Shown: piece by piece, positions 10,728 to 20,331 of the stretch | How the letters are laid out: every line of letters begins with the position of its first letter | Numbering within the stretch: position 1 is the first letter of the stretch | Assembly (NCBI GenBank): GCA_947174015.1 | Contig: CAMWHJ010000005.1 | Coordinates: forward strand, 5,014-69,013 | Direction: 5' to 3' | Source: an uncultured Lachnospiraceae bacterium | GTDB taxonomy: Bacteria; Bacillota; Clostridia; Lachnospirales; Lachnospiraceae | Length of the DNA stretch: 64,000 bases | Notes under the pieces: generated by a model | What the model was told of the DNA's origin: nothing | The model's input: the letters and a program-made list of their open reading frames with translations, nothing else | Database searches by the model: none | Position numbers and translations under genes: made by a program

Positions 10728-11045
10728 TTGGATATTTCATCATTGTATAATATTGGTGCTACATATTTACAGGAAGTTACGGGAACTGACAAAGTGATTC
10801 AAACGGAGAAAAAAGAAAATGGTTTTTCTCAGATATATCAGGCGGCTGTGCAGATGCTGAATGAGACGAGTGCTTTGGATAAAAAAGCTCAAGAAGAAGA
10901 AATAAACTGGGCGATGGGGCTGACTGAAAATGCCCATGACCTTACAATTGCAAGAGAGAAAGCAAGCTCTGCGTTATCCTATACCATTGCAGTGCGCGAC
11001 AAAGTGCTGGAAGCTTACAAAGAGATAATGAATCTACAGATGTAA
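10728..11045 (+). CDS. fliE: flagellar hook-basal body complex protein FliE
   Basis: 105 aa with a TTG start after GGAGGG. FliE-like C-terminus SALSYTIAVRDKVLEAYKEIMNLQM. Synteny flgC-fliE-fliF. Confidence 0.85.
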   Translation: MDISSLYNIGATYLQEVTGTDKVIQTEKKENGFSQIYQAAVQMLNETSALDKKAQEEEINWAMGLTENAHDLTIAREKASSALSYTIAVRDKVLEAYKEIMNLQM

Positions 11046-11084
11046 TAGTAATAGGATGAGTAATTGTAGACTAGGAGACAACCA

Positions 11085-12677
11085 ATGGGTGAAAGAGTTA
11101 GAGGGGTCCAAAAACGAGTTGCGGACTTTTGGAATAAATATGATACAAGACAGAAGATGATAATGATAAGTGCAGTGGCAGCGGTGGTGATTACCATTGC
11201 CATTCTTGGTGCTGTATTCACAAGACCAAGTTATGTGGATATACATACCTGTGAAACGGTAAGCCAAACCACAGAGGTTACGGCACTTTTGGAAACGGAG
11301 GGAATCAAATACCAGATTAAACCGGATAATTTGACGATTCAAGTAGAAAAGAAAAATTCCCAACAGGCTGCACTGGTGCTGGGAGCAAATAATATTCCCA
11401 GTAAGGGAATGGGCATTGACGAAGCCTTGAGTGGTGGTTTTAGCACTACGGAAAGTGATAAAGACAAGAGATATAAGATATACAATGAAGAAGATATTGC
11501 AGATGTACTGGAAAGTATGGATGTGGTGAAAACAGCAAGCGTAAAAATGTATGTTCCTGAGGATGATGGAACGATTTTATCCAGAAAGCAGGATACTTCT
11601 GTCAGTGTTATGCTGACAACAAATGGCGAAGTGGACAGTGAGACGGCCGGAATTATGGCGAGATTTTTGCAGACGGCAGTGGGCAATAGTTCCACGGAGA
11701 AAATTACCATTATGGACAGCAAGGGAAAAACAATTTTCTCGGGTGCAGATGCCAGTTCTGCATCAGGAAATGCCAGTACGCAACTTTCTGTAAAAGCACA
11801 GGCAGAGGCTTTGATCAAGTCAGAAGTGCAGCAGGCGATTCTCAGCACCAGCATGTATGATGCAGTGCAGGTATCTCCGAATGTGGTTCTGAATTTCGAT
11901 GAATCCACTGAGACACAGCAGGAGTTTTGGGCACCAGAGGGCAGAACGGAAGGCATGATTACTCATCAGGATTCTTATGAATCAGAGACTAGCAATGGAA
12001 CCTCTGGTATTCCGGGTACGGATTCCAATGATGGTACTACATATGTGATTCAAGACAATGAGGGCAGTTCCTCTACGGTAACGGATACTTCCACAGATTA
12101 TTCTCCGAATCAGAGAGTGACTAATACATCTAAGACACCGGGGGCGATTCAGTATGATGAATCCACCATTTCAGTGGTGCTGACGAAACATGTTATTTAT
12201 AGAGAAGAAGATTTAGAAGAACAAGGTCTGTTGGAAGGCATCAGCTTTGAACAGTATCAGCAGGAGAACGGACAGCCTGCATCTACGGAAGTGAATGAAG
12301 AGTTTTATGAATTGGTGTCCAGAGCAACTGGGATTGCTCAGGGGAATATTTCCATTGTTGCCTATGATGTGCCTATGTTTGTGGAACGAGAGGTAGCCGA
12401 CAGAAGTGTGATGGATTACATCAATATATTGATTGTAATTCTGATTCTTGCACTGTTGGGATTTGTGGTATATAGAAGTACAAGACCAGTGGAAGTTACA
12501 GAACTGGAACCGGAATTATCTGTGGATCAGTTGTTGCAGGATACTAGAGAAAATCTGGAAGAAATTGACTTTGACGATAGAAGTGAGTCCAGAAAGATGA
12601 TTGAAAAATTTGTGGACGAAAAACCAGAAGCAGTTGCACAGCTGTTGCGTAACTGGCTGAATGAAGATTGGGAGTGA
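11085..12677 (+). CDS. fliF: flagellar MS-ring protein FliF
   Basis: 530 aa with N- and C-proximal TM segments flanking a large periplasmic-type region and an acidic C-terminus. Lies upstream of fliG. Confidence 0.9.
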   Translation: MGERVRGVQKRVADFWNKYDTRQKMIMISAVAAVVITIAILGAVFTRPSYVDIHTCETVSQTTEVTALLETEGIKYQIKPDNLTIQVEKKNSQQAALVLGANNIPSKGMGIDEALSGGFSTTESDKDKRYKIYNEEDIADVLESMDVVKTASVKMYVPEDDGTILSRKQDTSVSVMLTTNGEVDSETAGIMARFLQTAVGNSSTEKITIMDSKGKTIFSGADASSASGNASTQLSVKAQAEALIKSEVQQAILSTSMYDAVQVSPNVVLNFDESTETQQEFWAPEGRTEGMITHQDSYESETSNGTSGIPGTDSNDGTTYVIQDNEGSSSTVTDTSTDYSPNQRVTNTSKTPGAIQYDESTISVVLTKHVIYREEDLEEQGLLEGISFEQYQQENGQPASTEVNEEFYELVSRATGIAQGNISIVAYDVPMFVEREVADRSVMDYINILIVILILALLGFVVYRSTRPVEVTELEPELSVDQLLQDTRENLEEIDFDDRSESRKMIEKFVDEKPEAVAQLLRNWLNEDWE

Positions 12678-12683
12678 TAAAGC

Positions 12684-13694
12684 ATGGCAAAGGATACGGG
12701 AATCACTGGTCTGCAAAAAGCAGCAATACTTCTGATTGCTCTTGGACCGGAGAAGTCGGCAACAGTATTTAAACATTTAAAAGAGGATGAAATTGAATCT
12801 CTCACACTGGAGATTGCTAATACCAGAAGTATATCGCCCCAGATGAAGGAAGAAGTGCTGAATGAATTTTACGAAGTTTGTCTGGCACAACAATATATCG
12901 CAGAAGGCGGTATCAGCTATGCGAAGGATTTGTTGGAGAAAGCTCTTGGTTCCGAAAAAGCAGTGGATGTTATCAACAAATTGACAGCCTCTTTACAGGT
13001 GCGGCCTTTCGAGTTTGTGCGTAAAACGGATGCCAGTCAGCTGCTGAACTTTATTCAGGATGAGCATCCCCAGACCATTGCTCTGATATTGGCATACCTG
13101 CCCTCAGGGCAGGCTGCCAGTATTGTGGCATCTCTGCCACCGGAAAAACAGGCGGATGTGGCAAAACGTATTGCGGTTATGGATCGAACCTCACCGGATG
13201 TGATTAAGGAAGTGGAAAGAGTATTGGAAAGAAAGTTATCATCTTTGGTAAATCAGGATTACACGATTATTGGTGGTGTAGATGCTATTGTGGATATCTT
13301 GAATACGGTGGACAGAGGAACCGAGAAACATATTATGGAAACTTTGGAAATCGATGAACCAGAATTGGCAGATGAAATCAGACGAAAAATGTTTGTGTTC
13401 GAGGATATTATGTCTCTGGACGACAGAGCCATTCAGCGTGTGTTGCGTGATGTGGATAACAATGACTTGGCGACAGCACTTAAGGGTGCCAATGAGGAAG
13501 TGCAAGGAGTTATCTTCCGCAATATGTCCAAACGTTTGGCTGCCATGATTCAGGAAGACATGGAATATATGGGTCCGGTACGTTTGAAGGATGTTGAGGA
13601 AGCACAGCAGAAGATTGTTAATATTATCAGAAAACTTGAAGATTCCGCTGAAATTGTAATCTCCAGAGGTGGAGGTGACGAGATCATTGTCTAA
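12684..13694 (+). CDS. fliG: flagellar motor switch protein FliG
   Basis: EHPQTIALILAYL, MFVFEDI and a typical C-terminal torque-helix region. Confidence 0.95.
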   Translation: MAKDTGITGLQKAAILLIALGPEKSATVFKHLKEDEIESLTLEIANTRSISPQMKEEVLNEFYEVCLAQQYIAEGGISYAKDLLEKALGSEKAVDVINKLTASLQVRPFEFVRKTDASQLLNFIQDEHPQTIALILAYLPSGQAASIVASLPPEKQADVAKRIAVMDRTSPDVIKEVERVLERKLSSLVNQDYTIIGGVDAIVDILNTVDRGTEKHIMETLEIDEPELADEIRRKMFVFEDIMSLDDRAIQRVLRDVDNNDLATALKGANEEVQGVIFRNMSKRLAAMIQEDMEYMGPVRLKDVEEAQQKIVNIIRKLEDSAEIVISRGGGDEIIV

Positions 13695-14508
13695 TTTATT
13701 TAAAGGCGGTTACATTGTTCAAAAGGAAGAAACCAGAATAATAGATTATAATGATTTGGTGGCATCGAAGATAAAAAAGTTGTCAGAAGAAAGCAATTTT
13801 GTTCCGGCAAAGGGGTTCGCCGCATCGGAACAACAGGGAGAAGCGGGCTTTGTACAGGGGCTTCATGCAGAAGAACTGGAAGTGGTATTGGAGGAGGAAC
13901 AAGAGGCAGAAATATCTCCTGAACTGTCGCCGGAACAGCTTTTGGAAGAAGCACGAAAAGAAGCAGAGAAGCTTTTGGAAGATGCCAGAACTGAAGGGGA
14001 AATGATAAGAAACGAAGCCTATGAAACGGCAAAGAAAAAGGGATATGATGATGGATATCGTCAGGGCATGGCTGAAACAGACCAAATGAAAGAACAGCTT
14101 AAGGAGCATCAGCAGGCATTGGAATTAGACTATAACACGAAACTGGAGGAAATGGAACCGGTTGTGGTGGAGAAAGTGGCAGATTTAATGGAATATGTGT
14201 TCCGGATACAGTTTTCCACTTCCAGGGCTATGATAATGCATATATTGGCAGGTGCCCTTGGAAAGATAAATATCAGTAAGGAATTTGCTATACATATCTC
14301 CAGGGAGGATGTGGCAGTGGTAAAGGCCAACCATGACAAAATTCTTGCCATGGTTCCCAATGCAGTGTCTGTGGAAATTATTGAGGATCCTGCATTGGTC
14401 AAGAACCAATGTCAGATAGAAACGGACGGTGGCATTTTTGACTGCAGTCTTGATACACAGATGGAGAAATTGATAAAATCTATCAAAACGTTATCTTATG
14501 CACCGTAG
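13669..14508 (+). CDS. fliH: flagellar assembly protein FliH
   Basis: Glu-rich coiled N-terminal half plus a FliH-like C-terminal half, between fliG and fliI. The start is uncertain: GTG 13669 overlaps the fliG end. Confidence 0.75.
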   Translation: MEVTRSLSNLFKGGYIVQKEETRIIDYNDLVASKIKKLSEESNFVPAKGFAASEQQGEAGFVQGLHAEELEVVLEEEQEAEISPELSPEQLLEEARKEAEKLLEDARTEGEMIRNEAYETAKKKGYDDGYRQGMAETDQMKEQLKEHQQALELDYNTKLEEMEPVVVEKVADLMEYVFRIQFSTSRAMIMHILAGALGKINISKEFAIHISREDVAVVKANHDKILAMVPNAVSVEIIEDPALVKNQCQIETDGGIFDCSLDTQMEKLIKSIKTLSYAP

Positions 14509-14526
14509 GAAAGTGGGGGACAAAGA

Positions 14527-15840
14527 GTGGCTGTGTTCAATATACAAAAATACGATACTTTAAAAGAAAAAACGTATTTTAAGAAGCTTGGAAAAGTGGT
14601 GAAAATTGTTGGACTAACCATTGAATCTGTTGGTCCGGATGCAAATTTGAATGATTTGTGCGTACTGACCTCGGGAGATAAGGATGAACATAGTGTTATG
14701 GCAGAAGTGGTAGGTTTTCGTGACAACAGAGTATTGCTGATGCCCTTTGATAATGTGGAGGGCATTGGCATAGGATGTGTAGTAGAAAACTTAGCACAGC
14801 CTTTGATGGTTTCTGTGGGAAATGAACTTTTGGGAAAGACTTTAGACGGTCTCGGAAGAGATCTGCATGGTGAACAGATTGTAACCGGAGTGCAGTATCC
14901 TGTGGAGGCAATGCCTCCGGATCCCATGGAGCGAGAAATTATAAAGGATGTGCTTTCCTTGGGAGTGAAAGCGGTAGATGGCTTGATAACCGTAGGAAAG
15001 GGACAGAGAATAGGCATCTTTGCCGGTAGTGGTGTGGGTAAGAGTACCCTTTTGGGCATGTTTGCCAGAAACACCAAGGCAGATATTAATGTGATTGCAC
15101 TGATTGGCGAGCGAGGCAGGGAAGTAAGAGAGTTTATCGAACGGGACTTGGGAGAGGAAGGCATGAGGCGTTCCGTGGTGGTGGTTGCCACCTCTGATAA
15201 GCCGGCTTTGATTCGTAATAAGGCAGCCAAAACTGCCACAGCCATTGCGGAATATTTCAGGGCACAGGGAAAGGATGTATTACTTATGATGGATTCCCTG
15301 ACGCGTTTTTCCATGGCACAGCGGGAAATTGGTCTTGCATCCGGAGAACCACCGGTAACGAGAGGCTATCCGCCCAGTGTTTATTCGGAAATGCCAAAGC
15401 TCTTAGAGAGGGCGGGAACTGCGGAAAAGGGTTCCATTACAGGACTTTATACGGTGTTGGTAGACGGTGATGATTTTAATGAGCCGATTACAGATACCGC
15501 CAGAAGTATTTTGGACGGACATATTGTCTTATCCAGAAAGCTGGCACACCAAAACCATTATCCTGCCATTGATGTTCTTCAAAGCATCTCTCGGTGTATG
15601 AGTCAGATTGCAGATAAAGAACATAAAAGAACAGCCGGACAGTTGCGAAATACTTTGTCTACATATAATGAGGCGGAAGACTTAATTAATATTGGTGCCT
15701 ATAAAAGTGGTTCCAATAAACATATTGACTATGCAGTCAGCAAAATTGACAGTGTCAATGAATTTTTGTGTCAGGATGTGGACGAAAAAATTGGCTTTGA
15801 AGATGTATTGACACAACTTGAGGCAATTTTTGCAGAGTAG
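14527..15840 (+). CDS. fliI: flagellum-specific ATP synthase FliI
   Basis: Walker A GSGVGKST, Walker B DVLLMMDSLTR, F1/T3SS ATPase fold. Confidence 0.95.
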   Translation: MAVFNIQKYDTLKEKTYFKKLGKVVKIVGLTIESVGPDANLNDLCVLTSGDKDEHSVMAEVVGFRDNRVLLMPFDNVEGIGIGCVVENLAQPLMVSVGNELLGKTLDGLGRDLHGEQIVTGVQYPVEAMPPDPMEREIIKDVLSLGVKAVDGLITVGKGQRIGIFAGSGVGKSTLLGMFARNTKADINVIALIGERGREVREFIERDLGEEGMRRSVVVVATSDKPALIRNKAAKTATAIAEYFRAQGKDVLLMMDSLTRFSMAQREIGLASGEPPVTRGYPPSVYSEMPKLLERAGTAEKGSITGLYTVLVDGDDFNEPITDTARSILDGHIVLSRKLAHQNHYPAIDVLQSISRCMSQIADKEHKRTAGQLRNTLSTYNEAEDLINIGAYKSGSNKHIDYAVSKIDSVNEFLCQDVDEKIGFEDVLTQLEAIFAE

Positions 15841-16299
15841 GTGAGTAAAATGGAAAAGTTTTCCTATAAAATGCAAAATATATTGGATATTAAATTTAAA
15901 TTGGAAAATCAGGCAAAAACCAGCTTTGCCAATGCCGTGGCGAAATTAGAGGAAGAGAAACAGAAACTACGAATGCTGCGGCAGAAACAGGCAGAATATG
16001 AAGAAGCCTATCGGCAAAGCTTACAGAATGCTTTAAATATAAAAGAGTTAAATTTGTGCCTGCAGGGAATCGACCAAACTAAGGCGAAGATAAAAGCCCA
16101 GATTCTGGCAATTCATGTGGCAGAAAAGAATGTGGAAGCTGCCAGACAACGGCTTCAGGAAGTGATGCAGGAACGAAAAACTCATGAAAAATTGAAAGAA
16201 TATGCCTTTGATGAATATATCAAAGAATTTAATGCGGCAGAAAGTAAGGAAATTGACGAATTAGTAAGTTATACTTACGGCAAGGTAGCAGGTGAATAA
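15841..16299 (+). CDS. fliJ: flagellar export chaperone-like protein FliJ
   Basis: 152-aa all-coiled-coil protein immediately after fliI. Confidence 0.7.
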   Translation: MSKMEKFSYKMQNILDIKFKLENQAKTSFANAVAKLEEEKQKLRMLRQKQAEYEEAYRQSLQNALNIKELNLCLQGIDQTKAKIKAQILAIHVAEKNVEAARQRLQEVMQERKTHEKLKEYAFDEYIKEFNAAESKEIDELVSYTYGKVAGE

Positions 16300-16300
16300 A

Positions 16301-17104
16301 ATGGCAGAAGAATTAGAAATCGCAGAAGAGTTTGCAAAGGGCAAAAAAGGAAAAAAGAATAAAAAAGAAAAAATTGAGAGCGAATATGAAATGGACAGCA
16401 GAAGTGGCGGCGGCTTATCCACTGCCATTGTAACCCTTGCCATTATTGTCATATGGCTGGCAGTATTTGCTATTTTGATAAAGTGGGATGTGGGTCATTT
16501 TGGTTCCTCTGTACTGTACCCAATTTTTAAGGATGTACCAGTGGTAAAACATGTACTTCCGGAGGTAAAGGAAAAAACGGAGGAAGACGGTGCTCAGTAT
16601 GGCTATGCCACATTAGCAGAAGCTGTTGCAGAAATCAAACGGTTAGAAAAGGAACTGGCAGACAGCAAAACTGCCAATTCAGCAGATGATGAGGTAGTGA
16701 AGGAATTGAGTGCCGAAATCGAACGCTTGAAGAAATTTGAACAGAATCAGGTACAGTTTGAGAGAACAAAGCAGCAATTTTATGAAGATGTGATCTTTGC
16801 TGATAATGCCCCAGATATTTCCAATTATCAGCAGTATTATGAATCCATAGAGCCGGAACAGGCGGCAGAATTGTATAAGCAGGTGATACAACAGGAATAT
16901 CAGGATGAACAGGTAGAGGAATATGCTAAGGCATATGGGGAAATGAAACCTGCTCAGGCGGCAAAAATATTTGAAGCAATGACAGATAACCTGCAATTGG
17001 CAGCATCAATTTTGGAAAATATTGATGCCACACAGCGAGGTAAGATTCTGGGAGCCATGGATCCAGAGGTAGCGGCAATGATTACCAAAATCATGGAGCC
17101 TTAG
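16301..17104 (+). CDS. Membrane-anchored flagellar operon protein with an MgtE-N-like C-terminal domain (YlxF-type position)
   Basis: Lys-rich N-terminus, one TM segment, a coiled coil, then PAQAAKIFEAM...ATQRGKILGAMDPEVAAMITKIM. Sits between fliJ and fliK, as B. subtilis ylxF does. Confidence 0.55.
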   Translation: MAEELEIAEEFAKGKKGKKNKKEKIESEYEMDSRSGGGLSTAIVTLAIIVIWLAVFAILIKWDVGHFGSSVLYPIFKDVPVVKHVLPEVKEKTEEDGAQYGYATLAEAVAEIKRLEKELADSKTANSADDEVVKELSAEIERLKKFEQNQVQFERTKQQFYEDVIFADNAPDISNYQQYYESIEPEQAAELYKQVIQQEYQDEQVEEYAKAYGEMKPAQAAKIFEAMTDNLQLAASILENIDATQRGKILGAMDPEVAAMITKIMEP

Positions 17105-17141
17105 AATTTTACATAAATAATTCTAAGAAAGGAGGAAACCC

Positions 17142-19202
17142 ATGAAAGGAGCAAGCATGAATCAGATGCTTCATCTGATGCAGGAAAGCATCCAGACACA
17201 AAAGGGAAATGCAGTGAAGGCACTGGCAAAGGAAGCAGCAAAAGCCGGAGATTTCAGTGAGTATATGAAGATGAATACCATAAAATCCACTGAGATTAAG
17301 CCGGTGGCATCAGCGAGTAGCACAAAGGTGCAGACATCTATGGAACAGACACAGGCATTCAATAGAGAGTCTTCTCAAAATACTGTTAGTTGTGGAAAGG
17401 AACAGAATATCCAAAAGGATACTCCAATTTCAGAGAATACCCAGACAGAGAAAGTAAAGACGGCTGAGGATGTTTCCAAGGCAGAAAATACGCAGACTCA
17501 CAGCACAACGACAGAAGAGACGAATCAGACACAAACTGAGGAGAGCACCGAGACGGCAGACGTAATTCAGGAACAGGGGGACAAAGAAACCAAGACTGCT
17601 TTGCAGGAACATGAGATTCAAGAAAAAGGTACAGAGTTTGGTGAACAGCAGGAAGAACCCTTAGAAGTGAAAACCATAACCTTTGGTGATATTTTAGTCT
17701 CGCTGGAATACACCACAAAAACAGTGGAAAGTGCAGATGATGAAACCGCAGACAATCTTCAGAACAAAGGGCAGCTACTTCATATTTGCATAGAAGTGCC
17801 AGAAGAAATGAAAGCGGTTTTTGACAAGGTTGAAACTCAACTGGTGGACAAAATTGCAGAAGTTTTTCAGGTAAGTGAAGAAGAGGTAGTGGAAGCCATG
17901 GAAACTCTGGCGGTCAACCTATGGAATTTATTACAGCCTGACAATTTAAAGGAACTTGCAGTTGCCATCAGTCAGGAAGAGTCAGTGGTATCCCTTGTGA
18001 CTAATGAAGAATTCTTAGAGAGTTATCAGCAAATGGAAACGGGGATTCGGGAGATTTTAGCAGGGCTGTCAGAAGAAGAGACAGCAGTTTTGGAAGAACT
18101 GGACTCGGTATTCCAACAGACAGAGCAGATGGCAGCAGAGTTGACTGGAAAGCAGGAAATTTCAAAAACACATCAAGAGGAACAATTGTTGATGAATGTG
18201 AAAACAGAGATCACAGTTCAACAGCCAATGACAGAACAGTCTGTTAGAAATCTGGCAGATGGGCAGCCAAATAGTGAAGATATACCAATGGTGGTTGTTG
18301 CCAAAGAGACAATACTTGAATCTGTCACAACAGAACAGTATCCAAGTGATGTGGATACGCCACAGTATCCAAGTGATGTGGATACGCCACAGCAGCAAAA
18401 TAATGTGGATATAGCACAACAGCAGGACAATGTGAATGTACCACAGCAGCAGGAAGTGTCTGTGGAAAATCCATTACGACAGGAAAAATCTGTGGATAAC
18501 AGCATGCGTAATCCGGAGTCGGCAGACAATGGTTTACAGGTAAATGAAACACAGAATCTTCAGTTAGAAGAAAACAGTAAGACTGACAGAAACAGACAAA
18601 ATACAGACTCTGAGCAACAAAAGAATTCAGAAAGTCAGCCGGAGAAAAAAGAGCAGAGTACACCCATAGTTCAGAGTACCACCAGTTTTACTACGGTAAC
18701 TGCAGATAATCAGATGCAGACCATAGTGAGAACGGAGCATGTGGATTATGAGGGTATTGTAAGACAAATTGTGGAACAGGTTAAGGTGGAAATTAAGCCA
18801 GATACCGTGTCCATGGAGCTGCAGTTGAATCCGGAAAGTCTGGGCAAGGTAAATCTTCATATCTCTTCCAGGGAAGGTGCCGTGACAGCGGAACTGTTTG
18901 TACAGAATGAAGCAGTGAAAAACGCCATCGAGGGACAACTGATGGTTCTGAGAGAGACTATGCAGCAGCAGGGAATTAAAGTAGAAGCTGTGGAAGTTAC
19001 CGTAGAAACAGGGCAGTCTGACAGAAATTTGGAGCAGCACTCAGAAGAACAGAAGAGACAGGCAGAAGACCAGTCCAGGGGATATCGGAGAAAGGCAATT
19101 AACCTTTTGCAGGGCTTGGACGAAGAGTTTATGGATGAAGATGACTTGATAAGGGCACACATTATGCAGGAAAGTGGCAATAGTGTGGATATGAATGCGT
19201 AA
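17142..19202 (+). CDS. fliK: flagellar hook-length control protein FliK
   Basis: 686 aa. Long low-complexity Q/E/T-rich N-terminal part and a FliK C-terminal domain (VSMELQLNPESLGKVNLHISSREGAVTAELFVQN). Lies upstream of flgD. Confidence 0.75.
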   Translation: MKGASMNQMLHLMQESIQTQKGNAVKALAKEAAKAGDFSEYMKMNTIKSTEIKPVASASSTKVQTSMEQTQAFNRESSQNTVSCGKEQNIQKDTPISENTQTEKVKTAEDVSKAENTQTHSTTTEETNQTQTEESTETADVIQEQGDKETKTALQEHEIQEKGTEFGEQQEEPLEVKTITFGDILVSLEYTTKTVESADDETADNLQNKGQLLHICIEVPEEMKAVFDKVETQLVDKIAEVFQVSEEEVVEAMETLAVNLWNLLQPDNLKELAVAISQEESVVSLVTNEEFLESYQQMETGIREILAGLSEEETAVLEELDSVFQQTEQMAAELTGKQEISKTHQEEQLLMNVKTEITVQQPMTEQSVRNLADGQPNSEDIPMVVVAKETILESVTTEQYPSDVDTPQYPSDVDTPQQQNNVDIAQQQDNVNVPQQQEVSVENPLRQEKSVDNSMRNPESADNGLQVNETQNLQLEENSKTDRNRQNTDSEQQKNSESQPEKKEQSTPIVQSTTSFTTVTADNQMQTIVRTEHVDYEGIVRQIVEQVKVEIKPDTVSMELQLNPESLGKVNLHISSREGAVTAELFVQNEAVKNAIEGQLMVLRETMQQQGIKVEAVEVTVETGQSDRNLEQHSEEQKRQAEDQSRGYRRKAINLLQGLDEEFMDEDDLIRAHIMQESGNSVDMNA
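18336..18389 (+). repeat. Perfect 27-bp tandem duplication inside fliK
   Basis: CAGTATCCAAGTGATGTGGATACGCCA occurs twice back to back, encoding QYPSDVDTP twice. It is followed by degenerate QQQ-N-V-D/N units. Confidence 0.95.
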
Positions 19203-19215
19203 AGGAGATGGGAAT

Positions 19216-19794
19216 ATGGCAATTTCAGTAGCCGTTGTAGATGGCAAAATACAGGAAACAGCATCCTCAGGAAGCAATATCTCAGATACTAAGGATTCCG
19301 GAAGTAAACTGGGAAAAGATGCGTTTTTGCAGTTGCTGGTAACACAGATGAAATATCAGGATCCCTTGGATCCCCAGGATAATTCAGAGTATGTAGCACA
19401 ACTTGCGACTTTCTCACAGTTAGAAGAACTGCAGAATATGTCAAATACACTGCAGGTATCACAGGCTTCCTCTTTGGTGGGAGAGACAGTTATTATGAAA
19501 ACTAAATCCAATGTGACAGGAGAGACTACTTATGTGGCAGGAACCGTAGATTTTGTATCCATCGAAAACGGTAAGGCATATTTAAGTATTAATGGTGATA
19601 AATATTCCATTGATGATTTGGATAAGGTTGTGGATGGTGCATATTGGGATTCTTACTTAAAGTATTTACAGCAGGAAGGCACTGATGTGGAGGTAAACAA
19701 CCAAACGAATAACTCCGACAATACCAATACAGAAAGTGGAAGTACAGGAGACACAACTACAACAGAAGATGAAAATACTGGTTCTACCGTATAG
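19216..19794 (+). CDS. flgD: flagellar hook capping/assembly protein FlgD
   Basis: GKDAFLQLLVTQMKYQDPLDP signature. AAAGGAG precedes ATG 19216 (the ORF opens at 19195). Confidence 0.85.
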   Translation: MAISVAVVDGKIQETASSGSNISDTKDSGSKLGKDAFLQLLVTQMKYQDPLDPQDNSEYVAQLATFSQLEELQNMSNTLQVSQASSLVGETVIMKTKSNVTGETTYVAGTVDFVSIENGKAYLSINGDKYSIDDLDKVVDGAYWDSYLKYLQQEGTDVEVNNQTNNSDNTNTESGSTGDTTTTEDENTGSTV

Positions 19795-19864
19795 GTATTA
19801 AGAGTGAAAAGTTAGAATAGAATGTGCAGGGAAGCGAAGTGTTCCATGGAGAGGAAGATGCAGA

Positions 19865-20254
19865 ATGAAACTAAACAACCAGTTTTCATCCATTGAACAA
19901 GTAACAGGTCAGTATTTAAACAACAAGAAATCAGTTCCGGCTCAAGAGGCTGCATTGTCCTTTCAGGAGGTATTGAAGAATAAGCAGACAGTGGAAGATT
20001 CCGGGCTGAAATTTTCCAAACATGCGGCAAATCGTTTGACGGATCGCCAGATAGATTTAAGTGCCGAACAGATGGAACGTTTGGAAAATGGTACCAAGAA
20101 AGCGATGGAAAAGGGAATCAACGAATCACTGGTACTGATTGACCAGCTTGCATTTATTGTAAGTGTGAAAAACAATACGGTAATTACAGCAATGGATTCA
20201 AAAGAAGCAAACAACAACATATTTACAAATATTGATGGCGCCGTAATAATGTAA
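19865..20254 (+). CDS. Small conserved flagellar operon protein (the family found between flgD and flgE in Firmicutes)
   Basis: LKFSKHAANRLTDRQIDLSAEQMERL...LAFIVSVKNNTVITAMD pattern, plus its position. Confidence 0.7.
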   Translation: MKLNNQFSSIEQVTGQYLNNKKSVPAQEAALSFQEVLKNKQTVEDSGLKFSKHAANRLTDRQIDLSAEQMERLENGTKKAMEKGINESLVLIDQLAFIVSVKNNTVITAMDSKEANNNIFTNIDGAVIM

Positions 20255-20331
20255 CCGGACCGAATGGAGGTTACTGTTTTTGAATGACAGAAAAAACAGT
20301 TGGCGCAATGAGGATTAGGAGGAAATTCATT

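Noticed and set aside
11339-11956. 205-aa minus-strand ORF, and similar 100-200-aa antisense ORFs throughout 0-51 kb (for example 745-1119, 2057-2602, 32593-33069, 35717-36229, 39169-39672, 48350-48961, 49176-50094)
   Set aside because: Each lies inside a longer, well-supported + strand gene. They are shadow ORFs.
14496-15314. 272-aa ORF on the minus strand
   Set aside because: It lies entirely antisense to fliI, whose Walker motifs and full-length ATPase homology explain the region. The antisense product is low-complexity (Ser/Pro/Thr-rich) and has no RBS.
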